Shown in pieces: positions 39,018-50,330 of a stretch of DNA of 64,000 bases (within the stretch, counting starts at the first letter, position 1; each line of letters opens with the position of its first letter). The notes under the pieces are model-generated. The model made no database searches, was not told where the DNA came from, and was given only the letters and a program-made list of their open reading frames with translations. Both the position numbers and the translations under genes were made by a program. Origin of the DNA: Octopus sinensis (taxonomy: Eukaryota). The stretch spans positions 11,036,001-11,100,000 of the forward strand of contig NC_042997.1 in NCBI RefSeq assembly GCF_006345805.1. Reading direction: 5' to 3'.

Positions 39018-39235
39018 CTGGAGTAAGTACATAAATGTGAAACAAGGTGGAAAAAAGTACTCAAATACCTGAGATAGAGTAATATACTCTATTTAAAAGC
39101 AGCAGAAATATAACAAAGTTGTTACTCAGAGTTTTACGTTCCCGTTTGTCAGACAGTTTTGTTAAAAAAAAAACGAACGGAAACGTGAAACTCTGAGTAA
39201 CAACTTTTGTTATATTTCTGCTGCTTTTAAATAAA

Positions 39236-39238
<3 letters not shown>
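39018..39238. mobile_element. Family D: foldback element inside (TA)n with hammerhead remnants in both arms
   Basis: Arms 39090-39147 and 39175-39233. Combined consensus TGT-CTGACGA-ACG-GRAA-CGT-GAAA-CTC-T-GAG-TA-ACA. Confidence 0.75.
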
Positions 39239-39272
<34 letters not shown>

Positions 39273-39451
39273 TAATTAATAAGGGAGTTCTCCAATGTTT
39301 ACTGGTTTGCTCACAGTTAGGTATTCAAAATAGGTTATTCATAAATCCAGTAACAATCATTATTTGATAAGAATTCAGAGATAGATATATTCCATTGGAT
39401 TATTCTAAATATATCACCTTTAACCATATAGGTTCCCTGGAATATTTAATA

Positions 39452-39497
<46 letters not shown>

Positions 39498-41303
39498 TAA
39501 CAACAACAACAACAACAAAGATTATGATGAAATAGCATTAGCGTTACCTTTAATTCACATTTACATATAAATACAGCCTCAAATAAACTTACATATGTTT
39601 CGACTGCATTGATTAGTAACCATTGAAATTGTAGTTTTACTATAATACCAGTGTAGTTCTTTAGGGTCTTTACTGTAATATCCTTTGAGATTTAACTGGG
39701 TAAAGTTTATGTTGATTTTAACTGATTTTAGTTCAATGAAGTGGAGTTGTATGTTAATTCGGACGTGAACAATTTTCAATTCCAAGTATTGACTGGATAA
39801 TCACTCATTTATTCCTTATAGTCAGTTATTTCAAAAAAATTTTGTTGTTTAAATATTTATAACTCATTTATATTGAGTAAAGGTAAATTTTCTCACACAC
39901 ACAGCCGTCAGTGGCTTTCCATTTACCAAATTCCACTCACAAAGTTTTGCTCAATCCAAGGCTGTGACCAAGGGAACTTGCTCAAAAGTTCATGCAATGG
40001 CATTGAACCTTCAAACCATATGGTTGTGAAACAAACTTCTTACCCACACAGCCATGCCAGCACCTTTAGCAAAGTCTGTTGCAAGCATTAATAGCACATC
40101 TCTGGTCTAAGAATAACTTCCTTACTTCTTCCAGTCATGGTGACTTTGGAAAGGATCCTGGATTCTTCCTCTGAGTAAGCAGAAAAGAAAAAAAATGTTC
40201 TTTCCTAATTTAAGACTGCAGGATATATTTTGAGGAACATTTGGTTGTTATATTTAGGTGATCAAGTAACTACGAAGAATCTCTTTTACTGGTCTTGCTG
40301 TGGTTGTTATTGTTTTAATTCTTAGTCTTGGTCTTACTATCAAGCAGACTCATGAGCATGCCATCTTTTTAGGAGTCTCTTGGACTGCATATTCAATCTA
40401 AGATGGCAAAGTGTGATTTGAGGAAAATTTGCCTGCTATTTCCAAGAGTTCAAGACTTGTACTTGTTTTTCAAGTAAAGCATTTCAATCCATAACTTTGC
40501 ATGAACGGACAAGCAACTGGACTTTTTGTTCATGTAAGACATAAACGTTGTCACCATTGGCAGTGAAGTACCAATGCAAAGACATACACAACATGCACAG
40601 CACACACAGATACATGCTCACACATGAGTGTGTGCACATATGCATGTGTATTCATGCACACACACACACACACACACAGGGTAACAGCAGAAGTCACCTG
40701 CCTAAAGTGCCATGTAAGTGGAGCCAAATCAGAAATTATGAAACTGCAAAGCATATCACTTAACGACATAGCTATATTTGTTTCTTATCATCATACCTGA
40801 CCTCACAGCCACAGATGTTTCTGCCACTAAACACCTTAAACAAATATTATATGTTAAATACCACCTATTGTTTGGGTCTAGGTCAGTCATAATCAAGCAG
40901 ACCTATGCTCAAAGGCACTCCAGCTGTGACATTCTCATATTTTTAGGTAGTATCTAGGACAGTAGAGTGTTGCCTAAGAGAGAACCTAGCTGTCACTTCC
41001 AGCAAGAAATGTAGTTAAACAGAGCTTCTCCTGCCTCACTGGCTCATTTATCAAGATGTAATTGTCATTATTGTTTATTATTGTTGGGTCCCAGAACAGC
41101 CCTGGTTAAGCACATCTTTGATTAAAGGTATTCCATTCATAACCCATCTGACATTTTATGGGTTGTCTAAGACTATATTATTTAATATGTTCTTTCATAT
41201 TTAATGTGTAATTTAAAGGGCACTTGGCTATCATTTCTCAATTCAAGCGACCACCTAAGGTTCTTTAATTCTTTTGTTAGCTTGAATATAACTTTAAACG
41301 ATA

Positions 41304-41360
<57 letters not shown>

Positions 41361-41619
41361 AGGTAATTAATAAGGTATTTCTCCAAACATTTACTGATTT
41401 GCTCACAATTAGGTTAGGTATTCAAAATAGGTTATTTATAAATCCAGTAATAATTCTTAATAGGTAAGAATTCAGAGATATATTTCGTTGGATTATTCCA
41501 AATATATCACCTTTAACCAGGTAGGTTTCCTGGAATATTTAATATAGATAATAAAAATAATAAGGATTATGATGAAGTAGCATTAGCATAACCCTAATTC
41601 ACATTTATATATAAATACG

Positions 41620-41830
41620 ACCTCAATTACACCTACATATGTTTCAACTGTATTGCTTAGTAACCGTTGCAATTGCAACCTTATTATAATACCAGTGCAG
41701 TCTCTGTAGGGTCTTTACTGTAATATCCTTTGAAATTTAATTGGTTTAAATTTTATGTTGATTTTACTTGTATTCAACAAAGTAGAGTTGTATGTTAGTT
41801 CAGACATGAACTATTTTCTATTCCAAGTAT
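41620..41830 (-). mobile_element. Penelope-like GIY-YIG N-terminal fragment (duplicate at 39560-39790)
   Basis: Reverse complement aligns to 42200-42360 and encodes TVETYVG. Confidence 0.7.
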
Positions 41831-41903
41831 TGACTGGATAATCACTCATTTATTCCTTATAGTCAGTTATTTCAAAAAATTTTGTTGTTTAAATATTTAT
41901 TAT

Positions 41904-42368
41904 TCATTTATACTGAGCAAAGGTAAATTTTCTCATATGCAAGCATCTTAAAGCTTGTTCTTGTCTAGAAATTATTATATTATATTCTGATGTAAAAATG
42001 TGGTAAAATTCTTCTATACATAAATCACATTTATTAGTTCTTGGTCTGTAAGGTTTTGCAGTGCTAATTAATTCCCAGTTGATAGTATAATCTTTGTTTC
42101 TGTCTTTAAGAGACCAGGTTAACCTACTTAGACTTGTTTTTGAATTTTTTTTTTTATCTTCAAATGAATTTAAGTGTTTAGCCAGTCTTTTATTTTTTAT
42201 TTTTTTGAATGCAACTAAAATCAACATAAAATTTAAGCAGTTAAATCTCAAAGGATATTACATTTAAGACCCTGAAGAAACTACACCAGTATTATAGAAA
42301 AGTTACAATTGCAACAGTTACTAACCAACGCAATCAAAACATATGTAGGTCTACTTGAAGCTGCATTT
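41904..42368 (-). mobile_element. Penelope-like element GIY-YIG endonuclease fragment with inverted 5' part
   Basis: Minus: RLAKHLNSF...TSLSRLTWSLKD...INWELI..AKPY...CDLCIEE...CLHMRKF. Plus strand 42200-42368 encodes the preceding ...KTYVGLLEAAF segment. Confidence 0.85.
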
Positions 42369-42418
42369 ATTTATAAATGTGAATTAAAGGTAATGTTAAT
42401 ACTGCTTTGTCATAATCC

Positions 42419-42476
<58 letters not shown>

Positions 42477-42711
42477 TCTTTTACTTGTTTCAGTCATTTG
42501 ACTGTGGCCATGCTGGAGCACTACATTTAGTCGAGCAAATCGACCCCAGGACTTATTCTTTGTAAGCCTAGTACTTATTCTATCTGTCTCTTTTGCTGAA
42601 CTGCTAAGTTACAGGGACGTAAACACACCAGCATGGGTTGTCAAGCGATGTTGCGGGGACAAACACAAACACACAAAAGTATACACACACACACACACAC
42701 ACACACATACA

Positions 42712-42774
<63 letters not shown>

Positions 42775-42905
42775 GAATTCTTTCAGTTTCTGTCTACCAA
42801 GGCTATAGTAGAAGACACTTGTCCAAGGTGCCACACAGAGGGACTGAACCCGGAACCATGTGATTGGTAAGCAAGCTACTTACCACACAGCCACTCCTAC
42901 ACCTA

Positions 42906-42968
<63 letters not shown>

Positions 42969-42969
<1 letters not shown>

Positions 42970-45900
42970 TTTCCTTCTTTCTTCAAATTTTCTTCCGTTT
43001 CTCGCCAAGTGTTTTCTGTACACCTAGGGCAGAGAAGCTCATTGTATGCATTCCCAGATTACACATGCAAATTCACAGTAAAATATGTATTTAAAAATTA
43101 ATAAATAAATAAATTCATGGATGGATGTTGTTTTCACAACGACAATACTCTTCTCAGTACATGTGTCATTCCAGTTAACATGACTTTCTGCACTTCTTGT
43201 AGGGATGGTAAGCCTGGTATCATTTTCAAATAGGTTTCAGTACCTTTTTTTATTATTCCTAGAGATCCTACAATCACTGGTACTGTAGTCGCCTTGAGAT
43301 GCCACATTTTTTCAATTTCTATTAGCAAGTCTTTATACTTACTGATCTTGTCAAATTATTTCGCCGCTATATTGTGATCGCAAGGAATACTCATGTCAAT
43401 TAATAAACACATCCTTTTTGTCTGATCTTTTATAATAATATCCGGTTTATTAGCTTTTATAGTTTTGTCGGTATGTATGGGGAAGTCCCATAGAATCGAC
43501 ACATTTTCTCCCTCAGTCACAGCTTCAGGATGGTGTTTATACCATTTCTCAGTGGTTTTGATTTTATAATGCCGACATATTGTCCAGTGTAAATACTGGC
43601 CGACTCTGTCATGTCTTGCTTTATATTCTACAGGTGCTAAAACTCTACACCCTGAGATTAGGTGGTCTATAGTTCAATCTCATTGTTACAGAATCGGCAT
43701 TTTGGGTCAGCTCCATTTTTTATCACATTGGCTTGGTAGTTCCGGGTTGATAAGCATTGGTTTTGAGCAGCTTCACTCTCTGCTTTTAGCCCTGAGCTTC
43801 GTAACCATTTGTGCGTGTGTTTCTGGTCGACATCAGCTTGTTTGCTATGGGCCACATACTTGCCATGCAGAGGTTTCTGTTCCCATCTGCTAGCTAATTT
43901 TTCGTGTGCTTTTGTCTTTGCAATCAATTTTATTTTCTTTGCAGCAGCAGTTGGCACATTTCTTTCAGCCTGATCAATTTGGTAGGTATCTAAGAGATCA
44001 GTGGCGAATTTTTTGCTCTCTTTCAGAATAGAGTGAAGTTTTTTCGGTCTTTCATGTTTTTCAACAAGTTTTAGCATCCAATTGTTGGTTGCTTCAAGGT
44101 ATTTGGCCAGCCCGATTGTAGTGCTTTTGTACAAACTGGATCAAATCTCGTCCTCCCTGAGCTCTGGGAAGGTAAAGACAATCCACGACTGCCTTTGGAT
44201 GGTGCATCTTATTACAAGTCAGTAGCTTGCGGATTTTTCTGTCAATTTTCATTATTTCACTGGTATTCCAGTTAAGCACATTGAAGCTATAAAGAACAAC
44301 TGGGACTGCTAAGGAATTTATGGCTAACACCTTATTATATGCATTCAGCTCAGACTTCAGGATTGCTCGAACTCTTCTATAACATTCCTTCCTTACCTTC
44401 TCTTTCATGCTTGCATGCTGGATACCAGAGCCTTCATTTATTCCTAGGTATTTATAGGTTTGTTCCTGCTCAAGTTTCTTTATTACTGTTTCGACATCTA
44501 ATTTGATTGAACTTGACTTTACTAATTTCCCTTTCTTAAAAGAGGCTTTGGCACACTTTTCAAGGCCAAACTCCGTCCCGATATCATCACTGAATCCTTT
44601 CACAGTATGTAAGAGTCTGTCAAGCTCTTCATCATCTTTGCCATATAGTTTTAAGTCATCCATATAAAATAGATGGCTTATTTTCCTGTTGTCAATTTTG
44701 TAGTCATACCCTGTTCTATTCAGTTCACTTGCGAGTGGTATTAGTGCTATGCAGAAAATTAGTGGTGAAAGTGAGTCACCTTGGAAAATACCACAGTTTA
44801 TGCTAATATTGTTTGAGCGCAATACTCCATTATGGTATAATTGGAGCTTCGTGTTCCATAGTAACATATTATACTTTAAAAAATCTGAAATCACAGGAGA
44901 AATTTTGAAAATGTCCAGCGATTTCAGAATCCACGAATGTGGTATGCTGTCAAAGGCTTTTTTGTAATCAATCCAAGAAGAGCTGAGATTTCTGCGCTTG
45001 TTATGACAGTTCTCAAGGATCATGCGATTAATTAGGAGCTGATGTTTACATTCGTATGAACCTCGTCTGCATCCTTTTTGTTCAGTGAGAAAGAGGTTAT
45101 TCTCTTCCATAAACGTATATGTTTTCTCCACTAGAATAGGTGTCAAATTCTTATAGGTAGTAGACAAACATGTTATAGGCCGGTAGTTTTTTTGATCTTT
45201 TGTTTCATTATTTTTGGGGAGGAGGTAAGTAATACCATTTGCCATCCAATGGCGAGTTTTTTCCGGGTCTTTCATAATACTATTAAATAGTATTACTAAC
45301 ATTTTGTGTGCGGACGAGAGTGATGAGAACCAGAAATTTGGTACTCTGTCAATACCAGGGGATTTCCACTTATGAGCCTTCGTTAGTGCCCTCCTTAGGT
45401 TGATGATTGAGATGTCTTCCCATACCTGTTCTTGTAGATTTTTGTAGGTGTCTTGGATGCGTTTGATCCAGTTTGCATTTTCACTGTATGGTTTCTCATC
45501 ACTCCATCCTCTTTCCAAAAGTTTTCAACTTCTTCCATTAGGGGTGGATTTTCAATAGTTATTTTTTCTTTCCCTATTTCCCTGTATAATGATTTGGCAT
45601 TGGATTTGAACATCTTATTTTGCTTGTAGCATTTAATTCTTTTCTCAAATCTGCATATTCTCTGAGCTTTTGCTTGAACTTTTTGTTTGTTTCTTTCGCT
45701 GAGATTAGGTCTTCTCTTGTTGAGAGTCCATGTTTTCTCGCAATCTTCCTGCCTTTTCTTGATCTTACACCATTTCCAGAGATTAGCTCAGTTAATATTG
45801 ATATCTCCTTTTGCGATGATTCAATTTCAGTTTCAATTCTACCCCTCCAGTTTGATTTTCTTTTTGAATTTGGTACTGTTGGCTTTTTGGGCATTAAACA

Positions 45901-46538
45901 GCATCTTTCGATTACCTTAGCAACGGAGTAAATAATTTCATTTAACTTATTAAGATCGGGTTTTAGTTGTTGTATGATTTCTTGTGTAACGCAGTTGCCA
46001 ATTTTTATTTGTGTTTTATGTTGGTGTGCATTTGAGAGTTTATGGAGTGGTTCCCTATCATTCATAGTTGTATGCCCTACAACTGCAAGCTCATTCAGAA
46101 CTTCCTGCTTCATTTCAATGATAGACTTTCTGTATTGTTCAGCGAATATGTGGTCTTCAAATTCTGTTTCGACATCATTTTCCGGGCTGTTTTTTCTAGG
46201 GTCATTATATTTTCTTCTTCTTCAGGATCTTGAGTCTTTTCGGCAGATGTTCGCCTTTCAGTCAATGCTTGCAGTCCAACATTCCTCCCCTCTGCTTCGT
46301 TATTTCCTTCCTGACTTACATTTAGGTCATTCTCTACCACTGCATCTGTGGGTCTGATATTTCTGAAGATATCTCTTCTAACATTTGCTAATCTGTTTTC
46401 ATCCGGGTTTGGTCTGCTAGCTGGATTCCGGCTCCTCCAAATTCTGTAGGAGTTTGCGGTGTGTTTCTCTTGGGTTGGCCTACTTAATGCAAAGTAATAA
46501 GCATATATTACTTCTTTATATTCTTCCTGATTCCATTT
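42969..46538 (-). mobile_element. Near-full-length Dong/R4-clade non-LTR retrotransposon (RT plus restriction-like endonuclease), frameshifted
   Basis: Consecutive minus ORFs: N-terminus KWNQEEYKEVIYAYY...RNP...ENRLANVRRDI; RT motifs KSPGID, NYRPITCL, WIDYKKAFDSIPH, GIFQGDSLSPL, LFYMDDLKLY, YKYLG; CRFC...HLISGC zinc finger; RHD; KPDIII...LIDMSIP endonuclease. Several frameshifts and one in-frame stop; (TAA)n on both sides. Confidence 0.92.
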
Positions 46539-46565
46539 ATTATTATTATCATTATTATTATTATT

Positions 46566-46850
46566 ATTCTGTTGTGTCTGAGGAAAGTCATTTTCTTTTT
46601 GTGCCTTATAATATAACACACTCAATGGTAAAATTTCCACTTTTTTCTTATTTTTATTGTCCTAAAGAGTCAAAACTATTGAAAAGGTTGCAAGATGCAG
46701 CAAAAATTTTAGGACAATAAAAATAAGAAAAAATTGGAAATTTTACCGGTGAGTGTGTTTTATTATAAGGCACAAAAAGAAAATGACTCTCCCCAGACAC
46801 AACAGAATATGCTTCAACACACGAACTCATATAAAGAATCTTGCAAACCA
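46566..46850. mobile_element. Family A foldback: inverted arm 46566-46666 plus direct copy 46676-46850 with decayed hammerhead
   Basis: About 100-bp arms (46566-46666 vs 46708-46808). The 41-bp spacer holds CTA-TTGAAAA-G-GTTGC-AAGAT-GCAGC-AAAA. Confidence 0.8.
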
Positions 46851-48771
46851 CTAGAAATTAAAGCCTAAAAGAAAAGGTACTGAAAAATAACAAGGTTCAC
46901 TGTAAACAAGTTGTAAAGAGAAAATTGTTGAAAAAAATTTTGTACTTGTAAAGAGCTTAAAAATAAATTACATAAGCTAAATGTCTTCTGTTTAAAAGCT
47001 CAGAGTATGGAAAGTTGAAATGAAACAAAACAACTTGAATAGTGTTTAAAAAACATTTATTTCGCATTTATGTATTCTTTTATGGAAGATATTTCCTTGG
47101 AAGCTTTTGTTATTTTGTAATTTTTTAAAAATTGAAATGAGGTTAAACAACTGTATCAGTTTACAAACAGACAACTTAACATTGATTTGAACAATTAAAA
47201 TGGTCAACATACACTAGAATTAATAATTATTTAAACATAATTATTATACATTAGCAGAACTATTGTAAATATAGCAAAACAGCATAAGTTCATGTTAATC
47301 AGTTAATATTAATTTTGCTAGTAACTTATAAATAAATTAATAAATAAACTAATTGATATTATCCCCAACACCTCTATGGCTTGTAATCAGTATTGGAACA
47401 GTGTAGTTCACACTTCAATAAGAACTTTATAATGCATCATGTTATATCAGTGGTATATACTATCATGACAAGCAGAGCATGTTACATTAAACATTGAATG
47501 TTAGTTGTAAGATGTCAAGCCATGTTAATTGCCATACTAACAATACAGTAACATGCCAGGCCATACTAGTTGTCATATCAATAACAACGCACATAACAAA
47601 CAACAGAACATCGAACCATACTAGTTAACATGTTGATAAATCTTGTTTCAGGAAAACCCATACCAGTAGTTAACATATCATCATAACAAACCATAAACTT
47701 TTCAATTATATTACTTGGCATAAGCATAACATATAGAATATCAAACCATACTGCTCGACAAGTCAATGATTAATCTTGCAGTTAGTCAAAACTATATTGA
47801 GCAACATATCAATAACAAACCCTATAACAGGTCAAATTCACATTAGTCTTGTGTCAATAACAAACTCTATAACACCTCAAATCATATTAACTGACTTTCC
47901 AGTGATAATAACAAGCTATATTGAAGTTGCAATTGCAGCAATTGAGAAATCATTGATTAAATTTAAAACACTTCCCTAAATCTGTAAATTTGAAGATCAC
48001 ATAGCTTACATACATACATACATGCAACGGTGGGAGTTTAACGCAATTAACATTAGAGCCAAAACCTGAATGGTTTAACTGTTGTGCGTTGAGCACACCC
48101 AATCGTGTGTGTGTGTGTGTATATATATTTGTTCCTTGATATAAAAATTTAAAAAGAAGTGAAAATATAATTGCTCTAAGAACTTAATTAGCACAAGTGG
48201 TATAAATATATATCACAAGTGGTATATATACTTCCATATAAGTAAGTCGTTAGTTTCCAATAATAACATCAATATTGATATTCTGCTGTAGAATCTCAGC
48301 AATGTTACAACCATAACAACCTTTAACTTTTTGGTTAGTCATAAAATTAAAAAAATGAACAAAAAATGCTAATTAGGCATTAATTAAATAATTTCTCTGA
48401 AAATATATATGGATATAGTTTAGATTAAACAAGTATAAATTGATTGTTTAATCCTTTTTATCACTGCATTATGCTTTCTTAAAATAATAAAGCTGCCTGC
48501 TTGTATAATTTGTGTGTGTAAAAGGTGACAGACAGGAAGACAAACTTTGGTAAATCAACAATGAAGTAGGTGTTAGGAAGAGCATTTGGTTGTAAAATTC
48601 TGCATAAAAAAAGTTCATCTCTGAACTTAAAAAAAAAAAAGATCCTTAATGTTTACCAAAAAATAAAACTCCTTTAAAAGAAGTTAAAAAAAATTCATTT
48701 GCAAGTTATAAATAAAGCTACCATTGTTATAGTTTGAAATCACATGATAATTTATATTTTTCAAAGCTGAA

Positions 48772-48777
48772 TTTATT
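48772..48777 (-). terminator. Candidate polyadenylation signal of alpha-tubulin
   Basis: AATAAA on the minus strand about 75 nt after the stop codon. Confidence 0.45.
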
Positions 48778-48852
48778 CTTGAAATTTATAAGTAATAACG
48801 TGGAAGAATATTTTAAGCTATGATAATGCTGCAGGGGAGATAATATTTCTAT

Positions 48853-49985
48853 TTAATATTCTTCTAGTTCTTCTTCTTCAGGATAAATATCTTCTGTATC
48901 AAATCCAACTTCTTCATAATCTTTTTCCAATGAAGCCAGATCTTCTCTTGCTTCTGAAAATTCTCCTTCTTCCATACCTTCACCAACATACCAATGAACA
49001 AATGCACGTTTAGCATACATGAGGTCAAACTTAAAATCTAGCCTGGCCCAAGCTTCAGCAATGGCTGTTGTGTTACTTAAAAGACACACTGCTCGTGGTA
49101 CTTGAGCCAAATCTCCACCAGGCACTGCTGTTGGTGGTTGATAATTGATACCAACTTTATATCCAGTTGGACACCAGTCAACAAATTGTATAGACCTTTT
49201 GGTTTTAATTGTAGCAATAGCCGCATTGACATCTTTTGGTACTACGTCTCCACGATATAACATGCAACAAGCCATGTATTTTCCATGACGTGGATCACAT
49301 TTAACCATCTGGTTAGATGGCTCAAAGCATGCATTGGCAATCTCTGAAACTGTCAACTGTTCGTGATTAGCTTTCTCAACAGATAAGATTGGAGCATAAG
49401 TTACCAATGGAAAGTGAATTCTTGGATAAGGTACAAGGTTGGTTTGGAATTCAGTTAAATCTACATTAAGGGCTCCATCGAACCGTAATGAGGCTGTGAT
49501 GGAACTGACTACTTGAGCAATCAATCGGTTTAGATTGGTATAGCTTGGACGATCAATGTCTAAATTACGCCTACATATATCATAGATGGCTTCATTGTCA
49601 ACCATAAATGAACAATCGGAATGTTCTAGTGTAGTATGAGTTGTCAGAATAGAGTTATATGGCTCAACAACAGCAGTAGCAATTTGTGGAGCTGGGTAAA
49701 TGGAAAATTCTAATTTAGATTTCTTACCATAATCTACGCTGAGACGTTCCATTAATAAAGAAGTAAAACCACTACCAGTGCCACCACCAAAGCTATGGAA
49801 AATCAAAAATCCTTGCAGACCATTACATTGGTCGGTCAGTTTGCGAATCCTCTCTAATACTGAATCCACAATTTCTTTACCAATCGTATAATGTCCTCTG
49901 GCATAGTTGTTAGCAGCATCTTCCTTTCCTGTTATCAATTGCTCAGGATGAAATAAGTGGGAATACTTGCCAGTTCGGACTTCAT
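48853..49985 (-). CDS. TUBA: Alpha-tubulin, last coding exon (codons 76-452 plus stop)
   Basis: Translation [33 protein letters not shown]...GGGTGSG...[19 protein letters not shown]...EEELEEY* is colinear with alpha-tubulin. Acceptor ttttcacag| at 49986-49987; phase 1 joins the G of the upstream exon to give GAT (Asp76). Confidence 0.97.
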
Positions 49986-50159
49986 CTGTGAAAATAAAAT
50001 AAAATAAAATAGTAGTTTCAAAAGTCATTTCATGGGTTTCTCCCACTTCTGCTTCCCCTTAGTCTCCCTTTCTCCTCAATCACCCACCCTCTCTTTCTGA
50101 CACATTTTCACTCTCATGATATGAATGGTGCATTGTCTATGAACCTAAGCTTATGAATA

Positions 50160-50330
50160 TATGTATGTAAGCATGTGGAAAAGGGAGACCCAGGAAGACA
50201 TAGGACAAAGCATTGAAGGCTGATCACAAGACGTTGAGCCTTACAGAAGAGGTGACAAAGACAGAGATGATTGACATTTTGCTGTGCTCAAGAAGACCTG
50301 TCCATTACAATAAAAATGATATCCTAAAAC
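50160..50330 (+). mobile_element. RTE LINE 3' fragment in tubulin intron 2
   Basis: Matches the GRPRKTW-encoding end of the RTE ORF and the following gaagacctgt motif. Confidence 0.6.

Larger units (their letters stand above)
38505..41936 (+). repeat. Local direct duplication: 38505-39894 and 40797-41936
   Basis: Colinear unique sequence, (TA)n and Penelope fragments; copy 1 additionally carries the family D insertion and an expanded (AAT)n/(AAC)n. Confidence 0.9.

Noticed and set aside
40126-40174. Small exon-like segment with good splice signals on both strands (minus 40170-40126, plus 40134-40174)
   Set aside because: No recognisable peptide, no partner exons, and the symmetry suggests chance in a purine/pyrimidine-skewed stretch.
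47480-47990. Degenerate repetitive stretch with short ORFs downstream of tubulin
   Set aside because: Low-complexity, no consistent period or protein motif.
49986-50046. N-terminal extension MGETHEM... of the 397-aa tubulin ORF
   Set aside because: Intronic read-through upstream of the splice acceptor; the true N-terminus is in exon 54925-55147.
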